Positions 47,806 to 58,659 of a DNA stretch of 59,729 bases are shown here, one piece after another. Numbering within the stretch: the stretch's first letter is position 1; each line of letters starts with the position of its first letter. The translations under genes were made by a program, and so were the position numbers. Below the pieces are notes generated by a model that made no database searches, was not told the DNA's origin, and saw only the letters and a list, made by a program, of their open reading frames with translations. The stretch is from Gemmatimonadota bacterium. GTDB taxonomy: Bacteria; Gemmatimonadota; Gemmatimonadetes; Palauibacterales; KS3-K002. The DNA is taken from contig JBFJOD010000003.1 in the NCBI GenBank assembly GCA_041617795.1, positions 1 to 59,729 of the forward strand, written 5' to 3'.

Positions 47806-47834
47806 CATCTCGAGCCTGCCGGTTGTGCCGTTGA

Positions 47835-49058
47835 TTAATTGCCGACGCTGGTCAACGCCTCGAAGATCGGCAGGTAAAGCGCGACGACCATTCCTCCAAG
47901 AATGACACCCACCACGACGATCAGCGCGGGTTCCAGCGCCTTCATCAGCCGCTGCACGGCGGTGTCTACCTCCGATTCGTAAAAGATTGCCACCTTGTCG
48001 AACATCTCATCGAGCCGGCCCGTTTGCTCGCCCACTTGGACCATTCGGGCGACCAAGCGCGGTATGACGCCGGTCTGCGACAGCGGTCCACTGATGCCTT
48101 CGCCGGCCTCAATGGCCGGACGGCTGCGGAGCAGCGCCTGCTCGATGACGACGTTGTTCGCGGTGGCGGCAGAGGCGACCAGCGAATCGATCAAATTGGT
48201 GCCCGCGGTCAGTAGCGACGACATGCTCTGCGAGAAGCGCGCCACTGCCGTCTTGCGCAACAGGTCACCGAGAACGGGAACACGAAGTAGCAGCCCATCG
48301 AAGAAGAGTCGCCCGGGCGGTGTTTTGTAAGACTGCCGGATCAGGATCATCGCGCCGACGATGACAGCCAACATCACCAGCCAGTAATTCTGCACGAAGT
48401 CCGACATGTTGACCAGAACTTGTGTGGGGTAAGGCAACGACAGGCCACCGGAGGAGAACATGCCCTCGAAGGTTGGAACCACGAAGGTGAGCATGACGGC
48501 GGCGCTGGAGATCGCGACGAAGAATATGATCGCCGGGTAGACCATGGCGGTCTTCACCTTGCCGACCAATTCCTGGCTCTTCTCGAGATAGCTCGCCAGA
48601 CGCTCGAGGATCGTGTCGAGCATCCCGCCCTGTTCCCCCGCGTCCACCATATTAATGAACACGTCGTTGAAGATTGCGGGCTGCGTTTTCATCGCGCCGG
48701 CCAGTCCCTTACCGGACTGCAGGTCGATCGTCACCTGTTCCAACGCCTTCTTCAGCGCCTTGTCATCGCTCAAGTCCTGGGCGATCTCGAGGCTTTGGAC
48801 AACGGGCACGCCAGCATCGATCAGCGTAGCCAGCTGTCGCGTGAAAAGCGCCAGAGATTTTGGCTTGGCGGACCGACGGACTTGAAAGCTGCGCGGCTTG
48901 GGGGCCGGGCGGACCCATTCGGGGATCAGCCGGTTCCTGACCAGCGCCCGCGTCGCGTCATCTAGGCTGGGCGCTTGGATGACACCCTCGCGCATCTGAC
49001 CGTCGATGGTGCGAGCGCGGTAAGTCCAACCAGTTAGGGTCGCGCCGTGTGCGGCCAC
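47835..49058 (-). CDS. pilC: Type IV pilus / T2SS inner-membrane platform protein (PilC/GspF)
   Basis: GTG 49058 overlapping the upstream TAG; FTRQLATLIDAGVP, GEQGGMLD, AMVYP, VGEQTGRLDEM, LEP..ALYLPIF. Confidence 0.92.
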   Translation of the reverse strand: MAAHGATLTGWTYRARTIDGQMREGVIQAPSLDDATRALVRNRLIPEWVRPAPKPRSFQVRRSAKPKSLALFTRQLATLIDAGVPVVQSLEIAQDLSDDKALKKALEQVTIDLQSGKGLAGAMKTQPAIFNDVFINMVDAGEQGGMLDTILERLASYLEKSQELVGKVKTAMVYPAIIFFVAISSAAVMLTFVVPTFEGMFSSGGLSLPYPTQVLVNMSDFVQNYWLVMLAVIVGAMILIRQSYKTPPGRLFFDGLLLRVPVLGDLLRKTAVARFSQSMSSLLTAGTNLIDSLVASAATANNVVIEQALLRSRPAIEAGEGISGPLSQTGVIPRLVARMVQVGEQTGRLDEMFDKVAIFYESEVDTAVQRLMKALEPALIVVVGVILGGMVVALYLPIFEALTSVGN

Positions 49059-50233
49059 TATTCCATCACCTCGAACCAGTGTCTCCCGTCGAGAGGGCGA
49101 GCGACGAGCGCCTCGGTCAGCGCTTTCGCCGTCGCGCAACTGGAGTACTGCAGCGTGGTGCCACCTCTTAAGAAGCTTTGACTATCGGCATTGATTCCGT
49201 TCCGCACAAGGATGCCGCCGTGAATATCGGTTGTACCACGGAAGTCGGCGCTTCCCTGAACGACGACCACGCCATAAAACTCGAACTCACCTGTGACGAT
49301 CAGATCGCCGTCAACCAGGAGGATGCCCTGGCCATAGCCGTTACCCGAGACGTGCACGTCGCCGGACACGTGGATGATAGGCAGATAGTCCCAGCACGGC
49401 GCGTTCGGTATTAGCGGGTCGCCCCAGTTGAACGATGCACCTTCGACGCAGTTGCCGCCGGATGTCACAGGTGAGAGGTTCGTGAACGTCTGGTTGCCCT
49501 CATACCGTTTGTTAGCTACCGCCACCAGGTCGTCATACGAGATATCGTCGAACTGGGTAAAGTCCTGGTCCTGGATACTCCCGTCCTCCTGCAGGGGCGG
49601 TGATCCCTCTATTTCCGGACGCCCATTGATACGAACATCGTCGTCGTCCTGTACCAGCACCCCAGGCACGTCGCTGGTCGCTCCGCTGCATTGGCCCACC
49701 CAGGTGGGTGGAATGCTGTCGGCGCCGGATACCTTCACGCCGCTGCCGGTACCCTGAATGCGCAAGTTCCCCTGGACCTTGAGCGCTCCATCGCAGCACA
49801 ATGCGTCGGCCCGGTTGACTCTGACCATCATGTTGATGACGCGTTGCGCGCTGATACCGTGGCCGGGTCGTCCCGTCGTTCGGAGTCGGTAGAGCGTCGA
49901 GCGGCCTGTGACGTCATTGTCGACCCGGAGGACCGCTGTCTGGTACTGAGAACCGTCCGGTAGGTCGAGCCATTCGGAGCTGTGGCCGCCACCGGGTTCG
50001 AGGGGACGATACGTCTTCTTGTCCCAGGTCGCGAGGACCCGGGCGGCACCAGCGTTGGCGGCATAGAAAGCCTTCCAGCTGCGCCGCAGTCCTTTATTGG
50101 CGTCGGCGTTGTTCTGCGCCACGTAGAGGCCAGTGAGTGCGAGCAGTGAGACGATCACGATTACGAAGATTGCCACCGGTATCGCAAAGCCGCGCTCGCC
50201 GGCAACGGCCGCTAGAAGTCTTCTAGTAATCAT
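49058..50233 (-). CDS. PilX-like minor pilin with large C-terminal domain
   Basis: ERG|FAIPVAI prepilin site lacking E5 (PilX hallmark), AFYAANAG, GQGILLVDGDL beta-rich C-terminus. Confidence 0.8.
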   Translation of the reverse strand: MITRRLLAAVAGERGFAIPVAIFVIVIVSLLALTGLYVAQNNADANKGLRRSWKAFYAANAGAARVLATWDKKTYRPLEPGGGHSSEWLDLPDGSQYQTAVLRVDNDVTGRSTLYRLRTTGRPGHGISAQRVINMMVRVNRADALCCDGALKVQGNLRIQGTGSGVKVSGADSIPPTWVGQCSGATSDVPGVLVQDDDDVRINGRPEIEGSPPLQEDGSIQDQDFTQFDDISYDDLVAVANKRYEGNQTFTNLSPVTSGGNCVEGASFNWGDPLIPNAPCWDYLPIIHVSGDVHVSGNGYGQGILLVDGDLIVTGEFEFYGVVVVQGSADFRGTTDIHGGILVRNGINADSQSFLRGGTTLQYSSCATAKALTEALVARPLDGRHWFEVME

Positions 50234-51024
50234 TGGTTTCTGGGTCTTACCGAGGCGACTAGAGTGTCGCGCCGTTCGCTGGCTGCGCCGCTCACAGCCA
50301 CCATGTTCAGGTCGACACGCGCTACCAGGGCGGGGTCGGCCGTCGGTTCGCCGCTCGTGTCGAAGTAAGAGAAAGCCAGGCCCAGGCTGTCACCGCTGAA
50401 AGGCCCCGCCAACACCTCCGTTACCGTGCCATCGTCTCTGGCCAGCCACCAGGAGTTGCCTTCCTGGTCGAGACGGTAGGAGTACGGGTGAAAAGCGCGA
50501 AGGGGTGCACCGACCGGCACGCCAGCGATGCTGCCGCTCACTACCAGCGTGGCTTGAGGTGCGACACCGGCGCCGTACGGGCAAGTGAGGGATGCGGCGG
50601 TCGGGTTAACGTCGACGGGTGCGCGCACCAGCCAGCCGTCCGGGTGGTAGATCAGAACGCTGTCGCCGGCCTCAACACTCAATCGCCCGGTAACATCAAT
50701 CAAGCCAAGCGTGTTGTTGAACGAATCGGCCGCGCAGACGATCGCGAAACCGACCGGTGATCTTACGGTGATGCTGTCCGGTCCCAAAGCGCTGAAATCG
50801 CCGTCGGCACCGTTAGCCTCCATCAGATCCGCGGCCAACACTGAACCGGCCAGGCGTAGCGCGTCGTGCCGGGCAACCGTCGCGCGCTCGTGTCGATAGG
50901 CCCGCTGCTGGTAGCGCAGCACCTGCAGGAAGCCGGCGGCGATGAACCCGGCCAGCACCAGGAAAATCGTCAGCTCGACCAGCGTGAAGCCGAGTTGGCC
51001 ACTGTGTCGGGATTCGGCTTTCAC
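50230..51024 (-). CDS. PilW-like minor pilin
   Basis: LG|FTLVELT; LAFSYFD..G..VARVDL..VRPRN C-terminus; 4-bp overlaps with neighbours. Confidence 0.8.
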   Translation of the reverse strand: MKAESRHSGQLGFTLVELTIFLVLAGFIAAGFLQVLRYQQRAYRHERATVARHDALRLAGSVLAADLMEANGADGDFSALGPDSITVRSPVGFAIVCAADSFNNTLGLIDVTGRLSVEAGDSVLIYHPDGWLVRAPVDVNPTAASLTCPYGAGVAPQATLVVSGSIAGVPVGAPLRAFHPYSYRLDQEGNSWWLARDDGTVTEVLAGPFSGDSLGLAFSYFDTSGEPTADPALVARVDLNMVAVSGAASERRDTLVASVRPRNQ

Positions 51025-51389
51025 GGGCGTAACCGGTAAGCGACGACCGTATCCCGGACCGAAATATCCTGCGTCGGAGAATACGTCGTCACGAGTAGTA
51101 TCCTGCGATACGTGAAGCTGTCCACGACCGCCCAGCTCGACTTGCCTTTCGTCGCGTCTCGAGAGCCGCTCTCCAGGTCGCTGTAAGAGACAGCCATAAC
51201 CCGTTCGAGCTCGGACTGCTGAAACTCGGCGGCCTCCAACTGCAGGCGCGAGCGCGTGATGGCTTGCGACGAGTAGAGACTGGCGGCGACCAGCGAGACC
51301 ACCACCAATGACAGAAGCGTTATGCCAACGAGCAGCTCCACGATCGATATGCCCGCCCTGTTCATGCCATGCCGTGGCAGCTGGGTCAT
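51021..51389 (-). CDS. PilV-like minor pilin
   Basis: RAG|ISIVELLVGITLL class III signal; 122 aa. Confidence 0.78.
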   Translation of the reverse strand: MTQLPRHGMNRAGISIVELLVGITLLSLVVVSLVAASLYSSQAITRSRLQLEAAEFQQSELERVMAVSYSDLESGSRDATKGKSSWAVVDSFTYRRILLVTTYSPTQDISVRDTVVAYRLRP

Positions 51390-51955
51390 TCGACTACCCT
51401 TCCAACCGGGCTGACAGTAACGGTGTCGGCTTGGTCTTTGAGCGAAAGCAAAATGACACCGCCCGCTTGCGGACAGGCGGCGCCGGTTGTTCCGACGCCA
51501 CGCCCGTTGAAGCAGAAGGTTTCGCGGTTGCTGTCCAGATCAGTCTGCAGGCCTTCTCTGAAGCTGAAAAAGCCGAAGGTGTCAACCGCCGCGCCTGAGC
51601 CGGCCAGCGTGGTGTCGACCTCGACCCACAGCCAGTCGTTTTGGGAGTCGATATGCAGCACCGCCGGACGGCCGTAACGCATCGCCATGGCTCGTGCCAA
51701 CGAGAGCGACGAGACCACCGCGTGCCGCGAGTTGTGCACTGCGGCCGAGACCCGCGACCGGCCCAAAGAGGGCAGCGCGATCGAATACAGAACGATCAAC
51801 AGGAGCAGCGCGATCATGATCTCGATCAGCGTGAACCCCTGCCGTGAGCCAGTCAGGCGGTCCGGTTCAGACCCGAGACGTCCCCTACGCGGGGTGCTCT
51901 CGACGCGGCTAAGGCCCGGAAACCGCAACAATCTTCCGATCGCGATGTGTAGCAA
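51386..51955 (-). CDS. FimT/GspH-like minor pilin (true start probably downstream of 51955)
   Basis: QG|FTLIEIMIA; LSLARAMAM, FNGRG, VSPVGRV. Confidence 0.8.
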   Translation of the reverse strand: MLHIAIGRLLRFPGLSRVESTPRRGRLGSEPDRLTGSRQGFTLIEIMIALLLLIVLYSIALPSLGRSRVSAAVHNSRHAVVSSLSLARAMAMRYGRPAVLHIDSQNDWLWVEVDTTLAGSGAAVDTFGFFSFREGLQTDLDSNRETFCFNGRGVGTTGAACPQAGGVILLSLKDQADTVTVSPVGRVVE

Positions 51956-52140
51956 GTGCAGTGCAAACCCTGAACAGGGCGGGGGAAAAAGCGACTGCAG
52001 TCGCTTATCAGGAGTTGCAATCCCTGTGCCCGCTTTGCTGCAGACGGGCTACTCCTGTAACATCATGTATTCTATAGATATAGCCGAATGGGGCGGCGGC
52101 CGGTTCGGTCAGGATGATCTTCGGCGACCGGTCAGGATGA
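51951..52140 (-). promoter_or_regulatory. Possible sigma54-type regulatory region of the pilin cluster
   Basis: Minus strand TTGCAC-N5-TTGCT (51966-51951; one mismatch to TGGCAC-N5-TTGCW), 18-bp perfect palindrome 51989-52006, AT-rich tract ~52057-52082, direct repeat CGGTCAGGATGA at 52106 and 52129. Confidence 0.4.
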
Positions 52141-52202
52141 CGGGATTTCTGGCGATTTGCACGAGCCCGGTCGGCGCGGAGGCCCGTCCGGCTGTGCTTT
52201 GT

Positions 52203-52622
52203 TTATTCGCGGGGCGCCAGCGTCGAGAATTCCACCGTGTCGACGGCCCAGGGATCGAGGGGGACGTGGTTACCCAGGGCGAGCACGGTGATCAAGCGGT
52301 GCCCACCGGGTTCCACGTCGCGGAAGACCACGACCGAGTCGCCAGTCCCGAGGTGCACCATGCCTGGGATGTTCCCCGGTATCGGCTGCCCGGCGGTGGG
52401 GAGCAGGTTGTCGAGGATCACATGGTGGTGGGCGCGGCCGGGCGTGGCCTGGCCGTCGGCGGCAGCGATCTCGATCCCACTGGCCGACAACACGACGCGC
52501 ACGGAATCGGACTGGATGATGGCGCCGTGCCGCGGCGAAACGATCTGTACCGTCGCCGCGGGTTCGCTGGTGCAGCCAGCGGTGCCGATGATCGCGAGGC
52601 AGGTAAGTAGCCTGCGGTGCAT
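52203..52622 (-). CDS. DUF4399-like lipoprotein
   Basis: GGAGG RBS; lipobox TAGC; AHHHVILD, VHLGTG, PGGHRL..GNHVP. Confidence 0.8.
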   Translation of the reverse strand: MHRRLLTCLAIIGTAGCTSEPAATVQIVSPRHGAIIQSDSVRVVLSASGIEIAAADGQATPGRAHHHVILDNLLPTAGQPIPGNIPGMVHLGTGDSVVVFRDVEPGGHRLITVLALGNHVPLDPWAVDTVEFSTLAPRE

Positions 52623-52807
52623 GAAGACCTCCGTGGTTAAGCCGCCTGCTAAGGACGAGGAGAAGTTACAGCCGCCGGGCGTGCCGGCAATGTCGACCGT
52701 GGCGCGGCGGGGTGGTGAAACCCTAGATTGACTCGGTTTCCAAAGCGGCCAAACAACAAGTCTCTAAGCTCCTTGCTGATTCCACCATACAGGAGGGAAG
52801 ATAGATC

Positions 52808-53326
52808 ATGGCGAGTTTCACGGAGCGGATGATGGGCGCAGCCACGCTCAACGTGCCGACCTATGAGGAGGTGGAGCACGATACGACGGCGACGGGGCAA
52901 GCGGCTGGGGTTGTGGCTCTGGTGGCGGTGGCGTCGGCCATCGGCGCCATCGGCGAGGGCCCCGGTGTGATGATCGGCGGCGTCATATCGGCCTTCGTTG
53001 GTTGGCTGATCTGGAGCGTGGTGACCCTGGTGATCGGCACCAAGGTCTTCGATGGTACCGCCGACATGGGGGAGATGCTGCGCACGCTCGGGTTTGCTCA
53101 AGCACCGGGAGTGCTCAACGTGCTGGGGGTGGTCCCCGTGCTGGGCTGGTTGGTGCAGATAGGTGTGGGCATCTGGATGTTGGTGTGCGGAGTCATCGCC
53201 GTACGGCAGGCGCTCGATTTCACGACGGGCAAGGCGGTGGGCACCGTACTGCTCGGCTGGCTGTGCTATATCGTAGTCGGCCTGCTGCTGGCCAGCTTCA
53301 TGGGGTTTTTTGGGATATTCTCCTAG
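52808..53326 (+). CDS. YIP1-family membrane protein
   Basis: AGGAGG RBS; YEEVEHD..TGQA, LRTLGFAQAPG, AVRQALDFTTGKAV; five TM helices. Confidence 0.85.
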   Translation: MASFTERMMGAATLNVPTYEEVEHDTTATGQAAGVVALVAVASAIGAIGEGPGVMIGGVISAFVGWLIWSVVTLVIGTKVFDGTADMGEMLRTLGFAQAPGVLNVLGVVPVLGWLVQIGVGIWMLVCGVIAVRQALDFTTGKAVGTVLLGWLCYIVVGLLLASFMGFFGIFS

Positions 53327-53359
53327 GCGCTACCCCCTGACGGCCGATACTCACCAACC

Positions 53360-53390
53360 GGGACCCGTGTCGGAACTTCCGCCGGGTCCC
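53360..53390 (+). terminator. Hairpin between YIP1 and lhr
   Basis: GGGACCCG / CGGGTCCC outer stem with inner CGGAA/TTCCG. Confidence 0.4.
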
Positions 53391-53407
53391 GGTACTATCT
53401 TAAAGAC

Positions 53408-56400
53408 ATGCACCAGAATTCCCCCGGACCCGCAGCTCCCGGCCTGGCCGGATTCCATCCGGCAGTAGCCGGCTGGTTCGGCCGGACGTTCAAGGCGCCG
53501 ACCGAGGCCCAGGTGCGGGGCTGGGCGGCGATTCGCTCCGCTCGGAGCACCCTGATCGCCGCGCCGACCGGGTCGGGCAAGACGTTGGCGGCCTTCCTGG
53601 CCAGTATCGACGATCTGCTGCGCCAGGGTCTGGCGGGTACGCTGACGGACGGGACCCAGATCCTCTACGTGTCGCCGCTGCGGGCGCTTTCCAATGACAT
53701 CCACAAGAACCTGGCGGAACCACGTCGTGGTATTCGCCAGGAGTTACGCCGGCTGGGACTCCCGGAGGTGGAGATCCGGGCTGCGGTGCGCAGCGGGGAC
53801 ACGCCGTCGTCGGAACGGCAGGCGATGGTCCGGAAGCCGCCCCACATCCTGGTGACCACGCCGGAGTCGCTCTACCTGCTGCTGACGTCGGATGGCGGCC
53901 GCAGCATGCTGGGCAGCGTGCGTACGCTGATCATCGATGAGATCCATGCGGTGGCTGACGACCGACGCGGTTCGCACCTGGCGCTGAGCGTCGAGCGGTT
54001 GGCGGAGCTGGTCGGTGGTAGGCTGACGCGAATCGGTCTGTCCGCGACACAGAAGCCGATCGAGGACATCGCTCGTTTCCTGGTTGGCAACGAAGGTCTT
54101 GATGAGCACGGCGAACCCCGTTGCGTGATCATCGACGAGGGCCACCGGCGCAAGCTCGATTTGGCCATCGAGGTGCCGGGGTCGTCGCAGCTAGAGGCGG
54201 TGATGTCCGCGGAGGTTTGGGAGGAGCTCTACGAGCGGATCGTGCAGCTCGTCGAGGAACATCGGACGACGCTGATCTTCGTGAATACGCGGCGTCTGGC
54301 CGAGCGGGCCACCCGCGATCTCAGCGAGCGCTTAGGCGAAGATCAGGTCGCGGCGCATCACGGAAGCCTGTCGAAGGAATTGCGGCTCGACGCGGAGCGA
54401 CGTCTGAAGGAAGGGAATCTGCGAGCCTTGGTGGCGACGGCGTCACTGGAGTTGGGGATCGACATCGGCGCCGTCGATCTGGTCATCCAGATAGGCACGC
54501 CGCGACGAATCGCCACGTTGCTGCAACGAGTCGGCCGCTCCGGTCACACGCTAGGAGGAACGCCAAAAGGCCGCATCTTTCCGCTCAGCCGCGACGAACT
54601 GGTGGAATGTGCGGCGTTACTACGCGCGGTTGGGCAGGGCGAGCTGGATCGGCTGTATATCCCGGAGAAGCCGCTGGACGTCTTGGCGCAGCAGATCGTG
54701 GCCGAGTCCTCGGCGGGTGAGCGGGCGGAGGTCGAGCTGTTCGATCTGGCACGACGCGCCTACCCGTACCGCGATCTCACGCGTCAGGAGTTCGACGAAG
54801 TCATCCACATGCTGGCCGACGGTTTCACCACGAAGCGTGGGCGTCGCGGCGCCCACATCCATCACGACGAAGTCAACCACCGCATCCGGGCACGACGGGG
54901 AGCGCGGCTGGCGGCGCTGACCTCGGGTGGCGCAATACCCGATGTGGCTGACTACGCGGTGATTCTCGAGCCGGAGGGTTCGCTGGTCGGGACGGTCAAC
55001 GAGGACTTCGCCATCGAGAGCATGCCCGGCGACATCTTTCAGCTGGGCAACCTGTCGTGGCGGATTCTGCGGATCGAGTCGGGCCGCCTGCGCGTCGAGG
55101 ATGCGCGGGGGCAGCCGCCAACGATCCCCTTCTGGTTCGGCGAGGCGCCGGAGCGGAGCCCCGAGCTGTCAACGGCCGTATCGGAGTTACGCCGCGAGAT
55201 CGATGAGCGGCTCGACGATCCCGAGGCGGCGGTGGAGTGGCTGAGCCAGGAAATCGGGCTGTCGCCCGCGGCGGCGCGGCAGATCGTCGAATACCTGGCG
55301 GCGGCCAAGCGGGTGCTGGGGGTGATGCCGACCCAGGGTACCGTGGTGTTGGAACGCTTCTTCGATGAGGCGGGCGGCATGCAGCTGGTCGTCCATGCGC
55401 CGTTCGGAAATCGCATCAACCGCGCTTGGGGCCTGGCGCTGCGCAAGCGTTTCTGCCGCAGCTTCAACTTCGAGCTGGAGGCGGCGGCCACCGAGGATGC
55501 CATCGTCCTCTCGCTCAGCACCTCGCATTCGTTTCCGCTCGAGGATGTCTTCAGTTACCTGAAGCCCGAGACGGCGCGCAACATCCTGATTCAGGCGATG
55601 CTGGATGCACCGGTTTTCCCGACCCGCTGGCGCTGGAACGCGACGCGTGCGCTGGCGGTGTTACGGGCGCGCGGCGGTCGCAGAGTTCCACCTCCGCTGC
55701 AGCGGATCGAATCGGATGATCTGTTGGCCTCCGTATTTCCCGATCAGGTCGCCTGCCTCGAAAACATCGTGGGCGATCGCGAGGTACCCGACCATCCATT
55801 GGTCAATCAGACCATCGAAGATTGCCTGATCGAAGCGATGAACATCGATGGGCTGACCGAGCTGCTCCGCGCCATGTCCGACGGCAGGATCGAGTGCGTG
55901 GCCTGCGACACACGCGAGCCGTCCCCGCTGGCTCACGAGGTTTTGAATGCGCGTCCCTACGCGTTTCTCGATGATGTCCCGCTGGAGGAACGCCGCACCC
56001 ACGCAGTCTACACACGCAGATCGCTGGATCCGACGTCGGCTGACGAACTGGGCGCGCTGGACGCTGCCGCCATCGCCCGGGTCCGCGAAGAGTCCTGGCC
56101 GGATGTCCGCGATGCCGAAGAGCTTCACGATGCACTCTTGACCTTCGCCTTTCTGACCGAGGCAGAAGGGAGAACGTCAGGCGGCGATGGAACCGGTTGG
56201 CTGCCGCTGCTCGATGCGCTTGCGGCGGTTGGCCGTGCGGGACGGCTGCGACCGGAGGGCGCTGGCACAGACAGAACGCTGTGGGTTGCGGCGGAGCGTC
56301 TACCGGAATTCGCAGCGGTGTTCGCGGACGCGGTCAGCGAGCCGCAGTTGGTGGCGCCCGAGCGGCGACGGGCCGTCGAGTGGGATCGTACCAGCGCGTT

Positions 56401-57844
56401 GCGCGAGCTCGTACGCGGCCGCGTCGAGCTGCTGGGTCCGACCAGCGCGGCAGCGCTCGGCGATTCGCTGGGGCTCCCGGAGACCGAGATCGACCTGGCG
56501 CTGCTGGCCCTTGAGAATGAGGGGTTCGTGCTGCGCGGTCGCTTTTCGCCGGACGTCGAAACGATCGAATGGTGCGAGCGGCGGCTGCTAGCGCGGATTC
56601 ATCGCTACACGCTCAACCGCCTGCGGGCCGAGATCGAGCCGGTCAGCTCCGCCGACTTCATGCGCTTCCTGTTTACCTGGAGTCGCGTGGAACCCGATCA
56701 GCGCGCCGCCGGGCCAGAGGGATTGAGCTCGGTGCTGGAGCTTCTGGATGGCTACGAGCTACCGGCGGCGGCGTGGGAGGCCGATGTCCTGGCCGCCCGG
56801 CTCGACGAATACGATCCGCTCTGGCTGGACGGTCTCTGCCTTTCGGGTCAGGCGTCGTGGGGGCGATTGTCGCCGCCAGCCTCGGCCAGCGGACGCGGCT
56901 TCAGCTCGGGTCCGTTGCGCTCGAGCCCCGTCTCGGTCTTTCTCAGGGAACATTCCGCTGCCTGGCTGGCGCTGGCGCCATCGGCCGCGGAGTTGGAGCT
57001 GTCGACGGATGCGAGGCAAGTGCTGCAAACGTTGGCACAGCGGGGTGCGCTGTTCTATGCCGAGCTAGTGCGGGCTTCGGGACTGCTCAAAACGCGAGTC
57101 GAGGCAGCGCTGGGTGAATTGGTCGCGCTGGGATTGGTGAACGCCGACAGCTTCGCGGGGCTGAGGGCGTTGCTGATCCCGGCCGCCCGGCGACGGCCGG
57201 TTGACGGGGCGCGGCGGCGACGCAGGCGCGTGGCGCCGTTCGGGGTCGAGTCGGCGGGACGCTGGTCGGTCTTTCGGCGCTTCGATGGCGATGGGGATGG
57301 CGATGGCGATGGTCGGCGCTCTCTCACATCGGCAGCTTGGAGTGAGCCTGACGGCGTGGCGGTGGAGACGCAGGCGCGGGTGCTGCTGCGGCGATACGGA
57401 GTGGTTTTCCGCCGACTGTTGGAGCGGGAGACGAACCTTGCCCCCTGGCGCGAGCTGACCCGTGTGTATCGACGGCTCGAGGCGCGCGGTGATATTCGGG
57501 GCGGCCGCTTTGTGGCGGGGTTCTCCGGCGAGCAGTTCGCGCTGCCGGAGGCGGTGGGCTTGCTGCGCTCGGTGCGACGCGAAGCGAAGCGGGGTCGCTT
57601 GTTGGCGGTGAGCGCCGCCGATCCTCTCAACCTGGTGGGGATCGCCACGCCGGGCCCACGCGTCGCGGCGTTGACTGGCAACCGAGTTCTTTACCGAGAT
57701 GGGGTGCCGGTGGCGGCTCACGAGGCAGGTAAGGTCAACTTGTTCCGCGCCATCGAAGGTGCCGACGAGCGGGAGGTGAGCGCGGCGCTCACGCGCCGGC
57801 CGGTGCCGCCGCAGCTGCGCGTTTATTTGGGTCGGGGGCGATGA
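53408..57844 (+). CDS. lhr: Lhr-family SF2 helicase, long form with C-terminal extension
   Basis: [31 protein letters not shown]; C-terminal [34 protein letters not shown]. Confidence 0.92.
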   Translation: MHQNSPGPAAPGLAGFHPAVAGWFGRTFKAPTEAQVRGWAAIRSARSTLIAAPTGSGKTLAAFLASIDDLLRQGLAGTLTDGTQILYVSPLRALSNDIHKNLAEPRRGIRQELRRLGLPEVEIRAAVRSGDTPSSERQAMVRKPPHILVTTPESLYLLLTSDGGRSMLGSVRTLIIDEIHAVADDRRGSHLALSVERLAELVGGRLTRIGLSATQKPIEDIARFLVGNEGLDEHGEPRCVIIDEGHRRKLDLAIEVPGSSQLEAVMSAEVWEELYERIVQLVEEHRTTLIFVNTRRLAERATRDLSERLGEDQVAAHHGSLSKELRLDAERRLKEGNLRALVATASLELGIDIGAVDLVIQIGTPRRIATLLQRVGRSGHTLGGTPKGRIFPLSRDELVECAALLRAVGQGELDRLYIPEKPLDVLAQQIVAESSAGERAEVELFDLARRAYPYRDLTRQEFDEVIHMLADGFTTKRGRRGAHIHHDEVNHRIRARRGARLAALTSGGAIPDVADYAVILEPEGSLVGTVNEDFAIESMPGDIFQLGNLSWRILRIESGRLRVEDARGQPPTIPFWFGEAPERSPELSTAVSELRREIDERLDDPEAAVEWLSQEIGLSPAAARQIVEYLAAAKRVLGVMPTQGTVVLERFFDEAGGMQLVVHAPFGNRINRAWGLALRKRFCRSFNFELEAAATEDAIVLSLSTSHSFPLEDVFSYLKPETARNILIQAMLDAPVFPTRWRWNATRALAVLRARGGRRVPPPLQRIESDDLLASVFPDQVACLENIVGDREVPDHPLVNQTIEDCLIEAMNIDGLTELLRAMSDGRIECVACDTREPSPLAHEVLNARPYAFLDDVPLEERRTHAVYTRRSLDPTSADELGALDAAAIARVREESWPDVRDAEELHDALLTFAFLTEAEGRTSGGDGTGWLPLLDALAAVGRAGRLRPEGAGTDRTLWVAAERLPEFAAVFADAVSEPQLVAPERRRAVEWDRTSALRELVRGRVELLGPTSAAALGDSLGLPETEIDLALLALENEGFVLRGRFSPDVETIEWCERRLLARIHRYTLNRLRAEIEPVSSADFMRFLFTWSRVEPDQRAAGPEGLSSVLELLDGYELPAAAWEADVLAARLDEYDPLWLDGLCLSGQASWGRLSPPASASGRGFSSGPLRSSPVSVFLREHSAAWLALAPSAAELELSTDARQVLQTLAQRGALFYAELVRASGLLKTRVEAALGELVALGLVNADSFAGLRALLIPAARRRPVDGARRRRRRVAPFGVESAGRWSVFRRFDGDGDGDGDGRRSLTSAAWSEPDGVAVETQARVLLRRYGVVFRRLLERETNLAPWRELTRVYRRLEARGDIRGGRFVAGFSGEQFALPEAVGLLRSVRREAKRGRLLAVSAADPLNLVGIATPGPRVAALTGNRVLYRDGVPVAAHEAGKVNLFRAIEGADEREVSAALTRRPVPPQLRVYLGRGR
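57284..57313 (+). repeat. Hexanucleotide microsatellite (GATGGN)x5 encoding (DG)5
   Basis: GATGGC GATGGG GATGGC GATGGC GATGGT in an Lhr linker. Confidence 0.8.
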
Positions 57845-58515
57845 GGTCAAGCGATAAGATGAACCGAATCTTGGTTGGATTGTCCTTCCTGATAACCGTC
57901 GGGCTGACGATCGTCGTGCCCGCAGCGGCGCAGTCGGCCACGAAGCTTCCGATGGACACGTCATCCCTGAGTAGCGGTGCGCAGTGCTGCATGCACATGT
58001 TGCTCGAGAAGACCATCTTCAAGGTTGATGTGCTGACACTCGAGATCCGGTTCGGGCAAGAAGATGCTCTCAAGATCAGTCGCCTGGTCTCAGGCAGAGA
58101 CTACTCCCGGTCGGCGGCCGACGCCGTAGCCGACATAGCCGTAAACTCAAGGGACGCTTTTGCACGCATCGAATTCCTCCGCGATGTCAGCCTTAGCCAG
58201 TTTGTCGATGGGGTTCGGGAGGATCTTGGCCACGCGCGCGACGCCGGCATTATCGGCAGGTCGGACTACGAGATGGTCTCGGAGAACATTCCCAAGTGGT
58301 TCAGCTTTCTCGAGGAACGCGGGATACGGAAGGGCGATCGGATCCTTTACCGCATCAAGGGCGACACATTGAGGACCCAGTTCATCGGTGTAGATGGTGG
58401 GCTGGCGCTCGATCAGACGGATGTCGGCGCGGAGCGGAGGCTAGCAGTGTTGGGTAGCTACCTGGCTCCAAAGTCGAGCTTTCGCCGGGGACTGATCCAG
58501 TCGTTGTTCAGGTAG
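57841..58515 (+). CDS. Exported protein, chalcone-isomerase-like fold
   Basis: ATGA overlap with lhr; signal peptide (PAAA-Q); [29 protein letters not shown]. Confidence 0.62.
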   Translation: MRSSDKMNRILVGLSFLITVGLTIVVPAAAQSATKLPMDTSSLSSGAQCCMHMLLEKTIFKVDVLTLEIRFGQEDALKISRLVSGRDYSRSAADAVADIAVNSRDAFARIEFLRDVSLSQFVDGVREDLGHARDAGIIGRSDYEMVSENIPKWFSFLEERGIRKGDRILYRIKGDTLRTQFIGVDGGLALDQTDVGAERRLAVLGSYLAPKSSFRRGLIQSLFR

Positions 58516-58536
58516 CAGAAGTCAGGTGCCCGTTGT

Positions 58537-58565
58537 TTGACACGTAATTGTGACGCCCGTATGGT
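58537..58565 (+). promoter_or_regulatory. sigma70 promoter
   Basis: TTGACA (58537-58542), 17 bp, TATGGT (58560-58565). Confidence 0.68.
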
Positions 58566-58659
58566 GTCTGCGAATCTGATTAGTCTTAGCGTGTCTGCTT
58601 AATGACAAGAACGAGTCGCCGGTCAGTGATGATCGGGACTCCGCAGCCTTCAAAGATCG

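Noticed and set aside
51687-52610. 307-aa + strand ORF spanning the pilin promoter
   Set aside because: It overlaps two better-supported minus-strand genes and has no recognisable features.
53408-57844. Large helicase as an anti-phage defence system
   Set aside because: It matches housekeeping Lhr throughout; no nuclease, methylase or other defence neighbours.
58560-58612. Fluoride riboswitch-like ATGGTGTC...TAATGACA
   Set aside because: No P1 stem, it overlaps the -10 box, and the downstream gene is unrelated to fluoride.
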